A DNA stretch of 63,989 bases, filler included, from Thermoplasmatota archaeon (GCA_041623215.1; 9 parts of 9 records of this genome joined end to end with filler, not necessarily neighbours in it); one strand, 5' to 3'. Shown: positions 1-9,602, counted from the whole stretch's first letter. The notes: generated from the letters alone by a model not told the origin. A program made the numbers and translations.

Positions 1-1634
1 CGTTCACCGGCACGACCCTAACCGTGGCAGGCAGTGGCGGGCTGGTTGTAGGAGAAGACCTGCAAGTCGGTAGCGCTTCGGCAACCGATGACGACTCGCT
101 GTACTTTGATTCCGGCCTTGCAGAATTCCTTCGATGGGACGACGCACCCGGTGAATTCGACCTGAGTGACGATTTGAACGTTGACGGCACCACGACCTCG
201 TTCATGTTTATCGGCAACGGCAGCGGCCTCACCGGCATCCCGTGGACAAGTATCACGGGTCGGCCGGCCGGCCTCGATGATGGCGACGATGATACCACCT
301 ACACCGCCGGAAGCGGCCTCGCCCTCGCCGGCACGACGCTCAGCACCGACCCCACGGCAACCCAGAACCGCGTCACGGGCTCCTGCGCCGCAGGCAGCAG
401 CATACGCGCCATCGACCAAGCAGGTGGGGTTACCTGCGAGTTGGACGATGGAAGCAGCAACGCGGACACCCTGGACACGTTGGATTCGACCCAGTTCCTC
501 CGCAGTGATGTCGCCGATGTCATGACCGGCGACTTGACCCTGACCGGGGCGGACCTTGGGGTTCGCAGCGCCCCCGTCGATGGTTGGTCCATCAACAGCG
601 TGCACCCAGGCGGTGGACTCACGGGCTACGGCGCCGTCCGCGGCGATGGTCAATTTGGCCCCACCCGCGGGTACCTTGGTGCACAGGGAGCTACCGACTT
701 TGACGGAATTCTAACGCTAGACCGGACCGGCTACGAAATGGGCGTGGTCGGCATCAGCACAGGCGTATCAGCCGGCGACAACTTTGGTGTGCTGGGCCAC
801 AGTAATGATGCTGGTGTGCGCGGGGAATACTCCGGCAACCCGTTGGGCGTCTATGCGGAGCTTGGCACGAGCGAGGGCTACGGGATTGTTGCAGCCGGCA
901 GCACGGGGGCCGCGGACTTCATCGGCAACGTGGATATCTCGGGCGACTTGACCCTCGGCGGTTCGCTCATCGTACCAGGCACAATGGAAGGCTTCGTTGG
1001 TGTCGGCGACCTTCGCTTGTACGACGACGGATCCTTTGGCGGCGGAACGCTTGTTGGCCCCTTCTCGGGCGACATGGTTCGGCAGCTCCACTACTTTGGT
1101 GGCAGTGCCATCTGCTGGGACGACCGAGGGGGTACAACATCCTGGGACAACGGCGACGGGCTGTACCTTGTGCCCGAATCGGACACCTGCCCGGCCAGCA
1201 TTGCCATTGGCCACATTCGCCTCGTCGGCGTAGCGGGTAATCTTGCCTTCACCCGAGTCAGCGCATCGGCAACCCTGGAACTTGGCAACGCCTACGACCC
1301 GGCCGCGGTGGCGACTGGCACAAGTGGCTTGGCGGACGGGATTGCCTCCATTGGCTACATCGATGTTGACGCAGACGGCCGCTTCACGTCATCCGATTGG
1401 CTCATCCAGGACATGGACAACAATGGCTTCGACGCCTTCGATGTTCGCCTCACGGCCACGATGGCTGGTGCGGCAGGAACAGTGGTGCTGGGTGGCGACC
1501 CCGACGTGACGAGCTACGGAGGGGCGTTTGCCGGCGTGCGCGACCTAGACTCGGCGCTAGCAATGTGGGATCATTATCAAGATGGAACGCGCCACATCGA
1601 GGACTTCGTCTACCTCGATCTCTCGGTTGTCTAG
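1..1634 (+). CDS. C-terminal part of a large repetitive secreted fibre/surface protein (5'-truncated)
   Basis: Open frame to TAG at 1632-1634. Carries the DDDTTYxAG..C..GSSIR.I...G.V.CE module and the NADTLDxLDSxQFLRSD motif shared with 58254-60122. C-terminal DxDxDG-like acidic repeats. Confidence 0.75.
   Translation, partial: FTGTTLTVAGSGGLVVGEDLQVGSASATDDDSLYFDSGLAEFLRWDDAPGEFDLSDDLNVDGTTTSFMFIGNGSGLTGIPWTSITGRPAGLDDGDDDTTYTAGSGLALAGTTLSTDPTATQNRVTGSCAAGSSIRAIDQAGGVTCELDDGSSNADTLDTLDSTQFLRSDVADVMTGDLTLTGADLGVRSAPVDGWSINSVHPGGGLTGYGAVRGDGQFGPTRGYLGAQGATDFDGILTLDRTGYEMGVVGISTGVSAGDNFGVLGHSNDAGVRGEYSGNPLGVYAELGTSEGYGIVAAGSTGAADFIGNVDISGDLTLGGSLIVPGTMEGFVGVGDLRLYDDGSFGGGTLVGPFSGDMVRQLHYFGGSAICWDDRGGTTSWDNGDGLYLVPESDTCPASIAIGHIRLVGVAGNLAFTRVSASATLELGNAYDPAAVATGTSGLADGIASIGYIDVDADGRFTSSDWLIQDMDNNGFDAFDVRLTATMAGAAGTVVLGGDPDVTSYGGAFAGVRDLDSALAMWDHYQDGTRHIEDFVYLDLSVV
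123..221 (+). repeat. 99-bp exact repeat, identical to the contig end at 60024-60122
   Basis: GAATTCCTTCGATGG...ATCGGCAACGGC is identical at both sites. Confidence 0.95.
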
Positions 1635-1792
1635 GGCCACGCACCAGCAGCCGGTCCGCGGCGGGGTTGCGCCCAGGCATACTTGCAGTGCCACTGGACA
1701 GGCGGCGCTTACGGTTCGGCGGCCTAAAAGGGCCGAGCTAGCCGCGCCAGGTTCACACGACTAGGTAAATCGGGGGAGAGGCCAAGCTTCGA

Positions 1793-2416
1793 TTACTGCT
1801 TCGCCTTGATGCGCTTCATGGTGAAGAGGCCCTCGCGCTCCATCTCCTCCAAACGGAGACTGATGAAGCCTTGCACTTCTTCGAGTTCAGGCAGCACCTT
1901 GAATTCCAGGGCATTGACACGCCGCTTGGTCTTTTCCACCTCATCGAGCAGGCGCTTGATGGCGGTTTCATACTCGGCAGCGACGATGATTTGCTCCACG
2001 AGCTTCTCGTACGCGTCCACCGCTTCGTCAATGGCGGCGCTGGTGCCAACAATACCGTAGCCGCGCTCCGAGAGGCTCTTGACGACACTGTCAGCCTCAA
2101 TCTTCGGGACGCGAACGCCCATGATATTGTTCTCTGACAGCCTGACCGTAGGCGGGCTTCCGGCCGCGTAAGCCACCGACTTCACAGCCAGACCGCCTTC
2201 AACCACTTCAGCCGCCGCAATCGCTTCCTTGGCCTCGCGGTAGGTGGAAACCAAGTCCTGGCGGATGGTCTTCACCTTGGGAAGAATCTCGAAGACCTCG
2301 AACATCAGGCCATCCCGCTTCTTCTTCAAGAGATTGTAGCCGTTCTTGGAGAGCTGGATGCGTCGCTTGACGTTGATGAGCTCGCTCCGAGTCGGCGTGA
2401 CGTTCTGGGCCGCCAT
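1793..2416 (-). CDS. atpD: A/V-type ATP synthase subunit D
   Basis: MAAQNVTPTRSEL...GYNLLKKKRDGL...NIMGVRVP...EKTKRRVNALE...LEEMERE. Confidence 0.95.
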   Translation of the reverse strand: MAAQNVTPTRSELINVKRRIQLSKNGYNLLKKKRDGLMFEVFEILPKVKTIRQDLVSTYREAKEAIAAAEVVEGGLAVKSVAYAAGSPPTVRLSENNIMGVRVPKIEADSVVKSLSERGYGIVGTSAAIDEAVDAYEKLVEQIIVAAEYETAIKRLLDEVEKTKRRVNALEFKVLPELEEVQGFISLRLEEMEREGLFTMKRIKAKQ

Positions 2417-2552
2417 GGCTGGAGCGCGCCACAAAGGGGTGGTTGATAAAAGGAAGGGGCGCACCAGGAGGGCACCTGCAAGAACCACCCGCGACCAACT
2501 GTTCCCTCTGACCCCCGAAACCCTTTTTAAGACTGGAGCCCACAGGGCAAGA

Positions 2553-3479
2553 ATGATGGCGGCCGTCCGCGTCTTGGGTACCTTCACGGTTGTAGCGCTC
2601 ACAATGCTGGTGGCAGCTTCGACGAGTGCAGCGACCCCCCTGGACCCGCAGGACGTTGTTGACACCATTGAAGGTGCAACAGGCCAGGAAGTTCCGGCAA
2701 CCGGAACGCCCGCCGACGACTGGACGCAGGGCAACAGCGATGGTGCCGACGCCCCCGCCGAGGACCCCGCGGCGGGAGACCCCGGCCTGGGCGCTGATCT
2801 GCGCGACGCGCTCATGGGACCCTTGACGCTCGTCGGCTTCGCCGGGCTATTGACTGCCGCCCTCGGCGTAACCGGCTTCGCCTTAGTAACCCGCTATGTC
2901 TCGCCCAAGGAGGCCCTCAAGAACCCCCAGCGCTCCATGCTCTACGGGTTCGTGATGGCGACTCCGGGCGTCCATCTCAAGAAGCTCTCCGACGAGTTTG
3001 GCATGAAGTCGAGCAGCATTCTGTGGCACATGCGCAAACTGGAAGCGGCCGACTTGGTGCGCTCCGAGCAGGTAGGCGGGTACCGCGTGTTCCACCCCAC
3101 AGAAGGTGGCGTCGCCGCCCGCGAACTGGGTCGCGCTGTTGCGGCCATCCAAAATCGCAACGCCGCAGCCATCCTCGACGCAATCGCGTCTCGGCCAGGA
3201 GCCAACACCAATGACCTTGCCCGTGGCCTCGCCTTGAGCGCCGGCAACGTGCGCTGGCATGTTCGCCGCCTACGCGACGCCGGCCTGTTGGAGGAACTCG
3301 TCCGCAGCGACGAACGCACCATCTTCGCCACGCCCTTGGGCAGCAACGCTCTCGAAGCCACCCAAGGACGCGCCACATCACCCCAATCCAACGCTCGAAA
3401 ACACTCCGGCCACGACGCGGCCGGCTTCCCCCTTTCCGTCTCCGCCTTCTCCCAGAAACCATCCCCTGCACAGGAGTAA
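2553..3479 (+). CDS. Membrane-anchored double winged-helix (ArsR/COG3398-like) transcriptional regulator
   Basis: Signal-like N-terminus, acidic linker, TM helix, then two wHTH repeats (PGVHLKKL..WHMRKLE; PGANTNDL..VRWHVRRL). Confidence 0.8.
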   Translation: MMAAVRVLGTFTVVALTMLVAASTSAATPLDPQDVVDTIEGATGQEVPATGTPADDWTQGNSDGADAPAEDPAAGDPGLGADLRDALMGPLTLVGFAGLLTAALGVTGFALVTRYVSPKEALKNPQRSMLYGFVMATPGVHLKKLSDEFGMKSSSILWHMRKLEAADLVRSEQVGGYRVFHPTEGGVAARELGRAVAAIQNRNAAAILDAIASRPGANTNDLARGLALSAGNVRWHVRRLRDAGLLEELVRSDERTIFATPLGSNALEATQGRATSPQSNARKHSGHDAAGFPLSVSAFSQKPSPAQE

Positions 3480-3483
3480 GATT

Positions 3484-4200
3484 ATGATTCGACGACTAGC
3501 CGCACTGTCCCTGACCGCCCTTGCTTTGGCCGCCGCGCCAAGCGCCCAAGCCCTTGACGATCCGCTTGCTACGGCCGACGATCAAAGCGCCTGGAGCGAA
3601 GGCATGACGTGGGGAATCGCAGCCGGCGGCGCCACGCTGCTGGGGGTGCTAGGTCTCCTTTACTACCTGGGCGTCGGCGGACTGCGCCACATTGACCGCG
3701 AAAACGTGCTGGAGCACCCCCTTCGGGCCGACCTGATGGCATCCTTGCGGGAAGAACCTGGCCTCCACCTGCGCGAACTGGCCAACCGCCACGACACCGC
3801 CGTGACGAACACCCAGTGGCACCTTCGCAAGCTTGAGATGGCAGAATTGGTCCGCACGCAAAAGGTGCAAGGACGCCGACTCTACTACCCGGTCGAAGGT
3901 GGCATTGCGGCACGAGCGGTCGCCCTTCGCAACGCCGCGCTACGAAACCCCAATGCCGCAAGCCTCATCGAATTCATTACAGCCAACCCCGGCATGAACC
4001 AACGAGCTCTCTCCGAGGCATTGGACATGAATCCTGGCACGGTCCGCTGGCACCTGCGACGCCTTGAGGCCGCCGGCCTATTGCGGGCCCTCCCCGATGG
4101 GGCCCAGATTCTGTACTTCGCAACCCAAGAAGGACGTGGCCCAGCGACGCGGGAGCCCGCGGCCACCTTGGCGCCCGTCGAAGTCGGCCCCCGATACTAG
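3484..4200 (+). CDS. Membrane-anchored double winged-helix (ArsR/COG3398-like) regulator, paralog of upstream gene
   Basis: Signal peptide (AxA), TM helix, PGLHLREL..WHLRKLE and PGMNQRAL..VRWHLRRLE. Confidence 0.8.
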   Translation: MIRRLAALSLTALALAAAPSAQALDDPLATADDQSAWSEGMTWGIAAGGATLLGVLGLLYYLGVGGLRHIDRENVLEHPLRADLMASLREEPGLHLRELANRHDTAVTNTQWHLRKLEMAELVRTQKVQGRRLYYPVEGGIAARAVALRNAALRNPNAASLIEFITANPGMNQRALSEALDMNPGTVRWHLRRLEAAGLLRALPDGAQILYFATQEGRGPATREPAATLAPVEVGPRY

Positions 4201-4412
4201 ACAACCGGCAAGCCTCCGCCGCGCGTCGCTGGCACCCTTTCTGCTGTGCACCCGGTCCGCGCGGCGATTGCCTCCCCCGGCCCCTGGCTTGGCCCATGCA
4301 TCTTGGACGGCCGAGCTCAGCAGAAGCCAGAAAGGTGCTTTTATGTGCGCCTAACTGACCCATCCTTCATCCTACTGTGCCCCAGGCTCCTCCTGCGGGC
4401 AGGGTTGAAGCC

Positions 4413-5651
4413 ATGAACCTCATCGCCCGCGCCCCCCTAGTTGCCCTAGCCCTCATTCTGCCCGCGATGGCAGGCTGCCTCGACCTCCTCTCGGATGACG
4501 AGGCCGACCATCAACCCACATTCGCTGAGTTGGGCTTTGACGGCGAGCATTGGCCCGACTTGACGGGGCACCAGCTGACGGTGTTGGATCACGGCGCCTT
4601 CTTCGCCTTCGACCAAGCCAAGTCGATGTTCTACAACCTCACGGGCGCGACCGTCACGCACGTGTCGGCCGGTGACGCTGGCAGCGCCTACAACCAAGCG
4701 TGCCTTGAGGCGACGTCCTCCGTTTCACCCACGTTTGATGTGGTGTATGGCATCGACAACGTCCTGTTTGGACAGGCACTTACGTGTGCGGGCGGCGCCT
4801 CCGTGTTCGAGCCTTACACGCCGATTCTGGGACATCGGATTGCCCCCCAATACCTCTTCTTCCTTGAGGGCGACGACGCCCCCGGACACCACGAGTCTGA
4901 CCACGACGACCATCACCACGACGCCTGGCCGGCCACTCCCGTTGACCACGGCTACATCGCCATCAACGTGGACATCCACCACCAGGCCCTGAACAACACA
5001 CCCATCGGCAACCTCCATGATGTGGCTGCCAACGCACACCTGTTTGCCACGCAAGACCCTCGCACCAGTAGCCCCGGCCTCGGCTTCCTCCTGGCCACCA
5101 TTGCCCGTTTCCCCGAGAATGACCAAGGCCGCGATGATTGGATGGACTACTGGGCCGACCTGTTCACGAATGGCGTCAAGATTACCTCCGGGTGGACTGA
5201 GGCCTACGAGGTTCACTTCAGCGGCGGGTACGGCAAGTGGCTTGACGGCCATGTCGGCGACCGCCCCATTGTGACCAGCTACACCACCAGTCCAGCCTAC
5301 GAGCACTACTACGAAGCGCCTGCTGAAACATTGCCGGAGGTCCTTTTGGACCGCAGCGCCGCATTCCACCAGATTCAGACCATGGGAATCATCAACGGCA
5401 CGGCGAACTTGGCTGCGGCGCAGGCATGGATTGAATTCACGCTCACGGACGCATTCCAAGAATTGGCCGCGCCAGCGAATGCCATTTACCCGGTCGTCGC
5501 AGGGATTGATGTCAGTGGCACGTACGCTGGCATTGACCCCCCGCCAGGAACCTTTAGTACGGCGCGTCTCGACCACGATGTGATTGCTGCCAACGTGGAC
5601 GACTGGGTCGCCGACTGGGTCGCCCTGTGCGAACACTACGGATGTGTTTGA
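4413..5651 (+). CDS. thiB: Thiamine ABC transporter substrate-binding lipoprotein
   Basis: Lipobox AMAGC; DVVYGIDN, PVDHGY, QDPRTSSPGLGFL, GWTEAY, SYTTSPAY motifs of TbpA. Confidence 0.85.
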   Translation: MNLIARAPLVALALILPAMAGCLDLLSDDEADHQPTFAELGFDGEHWPDLTGHQLTVLDHGAFFAFDQAKSMFYNLTGATVTHVSAGDAGSAYNQACLEATSSVSPTFDVVYGIDNVLFGQALTCAGGASVFEPYTPILGHRIAPQYLFFLEGDDAPGHHESDHDDHHHDAWPATPVDHGYIAINVDIHHQALNNTPIGNLHDVAANAHLFATQDPRTSSPGLGFLLATIARFPENDQGRDDWMDYWADLFTNGVKITSGWTEAYEVHFSGGYGKWLDGHVGDRPIVTSYTTSPAYEHYYEAPAETLPEVLLDRSAAFHQIQTMGIINGTANLAAAQAWIEFTLTDAFQELAAPANAIYPVVAGIDVSGTYAGIDPPPGTFSTARLDHDVIAANVDDWVADWVALCEHYGCV

Positions 5652-7312
5652 CGGCCCGACACCTTGCACGCGAACAAGCAGTAGCCAGTCAATCTGCGAG
5701 CCGCTGGCAAGCGCGATTCGGCTGGGCCGCCCTGCTGGGGCTGCCCGTGGCGTTTCTCCTCCTGTTCTACGCGTACCCCCTAGTGACCGTGCTTGGCAAC
5801 GGCCTAGACGCCACTGCGTGGCAGTGGCTGGTTGGACCCTATGCGCGGCAACGCATCGCCATGGGCTTTTTCCAAGCGATTCTTAGCGTGCTGGCTACGT
5901 TTCTCATCGCCGTACCGTTGGCTACCCTATACCATCGCTTCCGAATCCCCGAGCAGCGCTGGCACCTGGCATTGCACGCCGCACCCTTTGTGTTACCTGT
6001 ATTCGTGGTAGTTTTCGGGCTTCGGGAAGTGGGTGTCCTTTCGGGCTTGAGCCCACTGGCGGCGGTCGTCGTGGCGCATGCCTACTACAACTACGGCTTC
6101 GCTGCTCGGCTGCTTGCAACCACGCTCGAGAACCGCCCGCGCGCTATGGAAGCGGCATCCCAGGTCCACGGTGCATCACCCTGGGCGACCTGGCTGCGCG
6201 TGACGTTGCCCCTTCTGGCACCGCAACTGATTGCCATTGCGCTGTTGGTTTTCTTGTTCAGCCTGACCAGTTTCGGCGTCGTGCTCCTGCTTGGCGCAAA
6301 CGAGGTTTGGACGATTGAAACGCTACTCTACCAACAGGTCGGGGGCGCTTTTCCACGCTACGAGAGAGCGGCAGCACTGGCGACCGTGCAGTTGGCCCTC
6401 AATGCCACCCTACTCTGGGCCTACCTTGGCCTGCGCAGGCAAGCCCTGCCCGCCGGCCCATCCCAGGGCAGCGCTACCAGGCCGCCTTCGAAAGGAGCGA
6501 AACAGGCGGCCCGCCTGGTGGGCTGGCTGGCCCTTGCGGTTGCCCTCGCGCCCGTTATCGCACTGTTAGCCGGAGGATTCCAGGTTCGCGGCCGTTGGAG
6601 CTTGGAGCCGTGGCGCGCACTGCTTGACGCGACGCACCCTGCCCACCGAGTCGGGTTCGACTTTGTCCAAGTGCTGGACCGCACCGTAGCGTATGCTCTC
6701 ATGACCGCCTTGGTAAGTGTCGCCCTTGCCCTCCTGTGGGCCGCAGCACTTCGTCAGGCCGGCGCCCGCGCTGGTGGGCGGCGACGCTGGTGGCAACGAG
6801 GAGCCGAATTGGCTGCCGGCTTGCCACTTGGCACAAGCAGCGTCATCCTGGGGCTGGCATTTCTGCTGGCCTTTGGCGCCGTTGGATTGCTTGATTTGCG
6901 CGGCACGCGCATCCAAATCATCATCGCCCACACGCTGGTGGCATTTCCGTTCGCAGCACGGATTCTTATTCCCGCCATGCACGCGCTCGACCCAAGGCTC
7001 GGAGAAGCGGCGGCGGTGCTCGGTGCCAGCGCGTGGGCACGGGCTCGAGCCATCTATGGGCCGCTTCTTCGCCCGGCCCTTGCGGCGGCCGCAGGCCTTA
7101 CGGCTGCCATCAGCATTGGCGACTTCGGGGCCAGCTTGGTACTCATGCGAACGGACAACATGAGCCTGGCCGTTTGGGTGCATGCCCATGACCGGCCGTT
7201 TGACCCGCTTGCACGCAGCATGGCGACTGCCTTGGCCGGCGTCCTGATGGTGCTAGCTGCGGCATCGATGATGCTGGCCGAGCGCTTCGCCCCTCGCGAG
7301 GTGCGGTTCTGA
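5642..7312 (+). CDS. thiP: Thiamine/iron ABC transporter permease
   Basis: Two EAA motifs (EAASQVHGAS, EAAAVLGAS), many TM helices, AHAYYNYG; directly follows thiB. Start codon uncertain. Confidence 0.85.
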   Translation: MCLTARHLAREQAVASQSASRWQARFGWAALLGLPVAFLLLFYAYPLVTVLGNGLDATAWQWLVGPYARQRIAMGFFQAILSVLATFLIAVPLATLYHRFRIPEQRWHLALHAAPFVLPVFVVVFGLREVGVLSGLSPLAAVVVAHAYYNYGFAARLLATTLENRPRAMEAASQVHGASPWATWLRVTLPLLAPQLIAIALLVFLFSLTSFGVVLLLGANEVWTIETLLYQQVGGAFPRYERAAALATVQLALNATLLWAYLGLRRQALPAGPSQGSATRPPSKGAKQAARLVGWLALAVALAPVIALLAGGFQVRGRWSLEPWRALLDATHPAHRVGFDFVQVLDRTVAYALMTALVSVALALLWAAALRQAGARAGGRRRWWQRGAELAAGLPLGTSSVILGLAFLLAFGAVGLLDLRGTRIQIIIAHTLVAFPFAARILIPAMHALDPRLGEAAAVLGASAWARARAIYGPLLRPALAAAAGLTAAISIGDFGASLVLMRTDNMSLAVWVHAHDRPFDPLARSMATALAGVLMVLAAASMMLAERFAPREVRF

Positions 7313-7659
7313 CACTTCGCGTTGAGGACGCAAGGTTCGCCTACGCCACCCCATCTCGGGTTCCGGCCGCCGACACGCAGGTCCTGAAGGGCGTGAACCT
7401 AACTGTCACCCCCGGGGAAGCAGCCTTTGTCATGGGGCCAAGTGGTTGCGGCAAGTCCACGCTCCTGCGCTGCATCGCTGGCCTAGAATCCTTACAACGA
7501 GGGCGAATTCTCTGGGCAGGCGAGCCGGTCCAGCATCTCGCGCCCCACCACCGGCGCATGGGCATGATGTTCCAGGAACCAGCCCTGTTTCCACACATGA
7601 ACGTCCTTGAGAACGTGGCATTTCCGCTTCGCTACAGAGGCATTCCGCGCAAGAATCGA
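7309..7659 (+). CDS. thiQ: ABC transporter ATP-binding subunit (3'-truncated by contig end)
   Basis: Walker A GPSGCGKST, Q-loop FQEPALFPHMNV. Probable CTG start overlapping the thiP stop. Confidence 0.85.
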
Positions 7660-7759
7660 NNNNNNNNNNNNNNNNNNNNNNNNNNNNNNNNNNNNNNNNN
7701 NNNTTAATTAATTAANNNNNNNNNNNNNNNNNNNNNNNNNNNNNNNNNNNNNNNNNNNN
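7660..7759. other. Artificial contig linker (N44-TTAATTAATTAA-N44); also at 15406-15505, 23037-23136, 30614-30713, 38085-38184, 45532-45631, 52868-52967, 60123-60222
   Basis: Identical 100-nt spacer with stops in all six frames; flanking contigs decrease in length (7646, 7531, 7477, 7371, 7347, 7236, 7155). Confidence 0.98.
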
Positions 7760-8593
7760 GAGCCGCCGTCCCCAGCGAATGAGATAACCCGTGATTTGCT
7801 CAATCTCCGTGGGCCGCTTCCCGTCGACGTCCTGTACCATGCTGCACCGGTTGGTTTTGGTGGCGACGAGCGTTTGCTTGAGCAGGTCGGATAAGTCCGC
7901 GGGCAGGTGGATGCCCGCCGCCCGCGCCAAGGCCGCGCCTTCGGCAAGTAGCCCTTCGCAGCGCTGCCACAACAGTGGTTCGCTTGCCACCCCCCCGTTA
8001 GGGACGCCGGCTAGCGCCGCTACCGGATTCAGGCCCGCGTTGACGACGCCTTTTGTCCACACTGGGCTGGCCATGTCGTCATGCCACTGGGGGCTCCAGC
8101 CCGCATCCATGAGCAAGCTGTAGGCTGCCCGGGCTGCATCTTCGTGCCCTGGCGTCGCCGGCCCAATGTGGGTCAAGCCGACGCCTGCGTGGACCAAATC
8201 TCCTGGGCGCCGACGCGTAACGCCGTGGCTGGTGGTGCCCACCGCACTGGCGGCTGCTTGGCCGGTGGCCGCAACTAGCTTGGTCCCGTTGCCAAAACCG
8301 TTCTGAATCGATACCACCAGGGGCGCGTGCTTCGCCGCAACTTGAGCTGCGGCGGCCGTGGCCGTCGCCTTCGTGGTCACAAAGGCGAGATCGAACTCGC
8401 CATCCGGCTCGGGCGTATAGTGGTCCAAGAAGGAGCCATCGTGGAATTCCGTGCACCCGGAAATGGAGAAACCTTCCATGGCCGCGATGGTTGCTGGCCG
8501 TGCCGTTGCAGTGACCTGGTGGCCCGCCACATGTAGGTGTGAGGCTAGCAAGCCACCAATTGCCCCGGCGCCTACCACTAGGATTCGGGCCAC
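7760..8593 (-). CDS. panE: 2-dehydropantoate 2-reductase (3'-truncated)
   Basis: GAGAIGG Rossmann motif, VTTKA, SIQNG, WTKGVVNAGLNP, SMVQD..KRPTEI. Confidence 0.9.
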
Positions 8594-8594
8594 G

Positions 8595-9602
8595 CTACAC
8601 CTGGATTCGCCGGTGCATGGACAACAGCGTCTCAGCGGTTTCCGAACTCTCGTCTCGGATAATGGATGGCGCATCCTCGTCCGGCTCAAGTCCTCCAATG
8701 CGCTGCCGCCAATCAGCAACTACGTCAGGATCAAGACCCGCTACCGGCCGAAGCACCGGAACAGGGCCGGCACCCACGACGAGGCGTGAGGCTAGCGAAT
8801 CTCCGGTGACAACGGCGACGGCTCCAATGCTCCGTGCCAGCGTAGCTGCTGCCTCTACTAGCGCCCTTTTGCTCACGGAACCTGAGCAGGCGGGCAGGAG
8901 GTCCACATCGCGTGAGAGCCCCCAAGGCACAAGCGCCTCAATGAGCTCCACGGGAGCACTGCCCATGTCGCCTGCGTGGACGGGCACGACGCGGCAGCCG
9001 CGTCGAAGCATGAACCATGCAGCGACTGCGCTGTTGGCGTCGGACAGCAGGGCAACAACCTTGCCTTGAGAGCCCACTGGCAAGCCGCCGGGGCCCGCGA
9101 CCTTCGCCCGATAAAGGTAGGCCTGGGCGTCGCGAACTTCGACGTACACTTCAAGATCGGGCGCGGTAAGGTCAACCTTGGGCTGGCGCCCGTCTTTCTC
9201 GGCTGCCGCGTAGACGGCGTTGCCAAGCTGGATGCCCAAGTCTTGACTGGTAAAGGCATGCTTGCCGTCCCTGCTGGCGCGGATGGCGAATCGGTGCCAA
9301 GCAGTTTCGTCGAGCGCAATCTCCACGGCACTCGCTTGCATCGGCTCCATGTCGGCGGCCACGTTGCGGGCAAGGCTGGCGGATACCACGCCAAAGGTAT
9401 GGGTAGCGACGTCAAGGAGCGCGCTCGTGTCGGGTCCAACCATCCACAGGCGGCTGCCCAAGATGGTTACTTGGCCTTCAACGCCCGCCAAGACCATGGC
9501 GTCCAGCAAGTTGTTCTGGAGTCGCCCCAACATTTGGCGTCGCACCGGCGCCGACTTGATGCCCACTTCGCCGAAACGCACCAAGACGCCGTCCCAGTTC
9601 AC
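8595..9602 (-). CDS. ThiI-like THUMP-domain protein with degenerate PP-loop
   Basis: VRFGEVGIKS, THUMP domain, GPGGLPVGSQGKVVALLS; the canonical SGGxDS reads SDANS. Confidence 0.8.
   Translation of the reverse strand: MNWDGVLVRFGEVGIKSAPVRRQMLGRLQNNLLDAMVLAGVEGQVTILGSRLWMVGPDTSALLDVATHTFGVVSASLARNVAADMEPMQASAVEIALDETAWHRFAIRASRDGKHAFTSQDLGIQLGNAVYAAAEKDGRQPKVDLTAPDLEVYVEVRDAQAYLYRAKVAGPGGLPVGSQGKVVALLSDANSAVAAWFMLRRGCRVVPVHAGDMGSAPVELIEALVPWGLSRDVDLLPACSGSVSKRALVEAAATLARSIGAVAVVTGDSLASRLVVGAGPVPVLRPVAGLDPDVVADWRQRIGGLEPDEDAPSIIRDESSETAETLLSMHRRIQV

Noticed and set aside
4201..4412. Possible TPP riboswitch upstream of thiB
   Set aside because: No CTGAGA or ACCTGA core. A TATA-like CTTTTAT at ~4338 implies only a short leader.
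4725..5669. Long antisense ORFs such as 4725-5669, 23418-24230 and 36107-37231
   Set aside because: Shadow frames of well-supported genes, caused by high GC and codon bias.
7660..7759. Regularly recurring TTAATTAATTAA palindrome within N runs (8 copies)
   Set aside because: Artificial six-frame-stop contig linker. It is not a biological repeat, and adjacency across it is meaningless.
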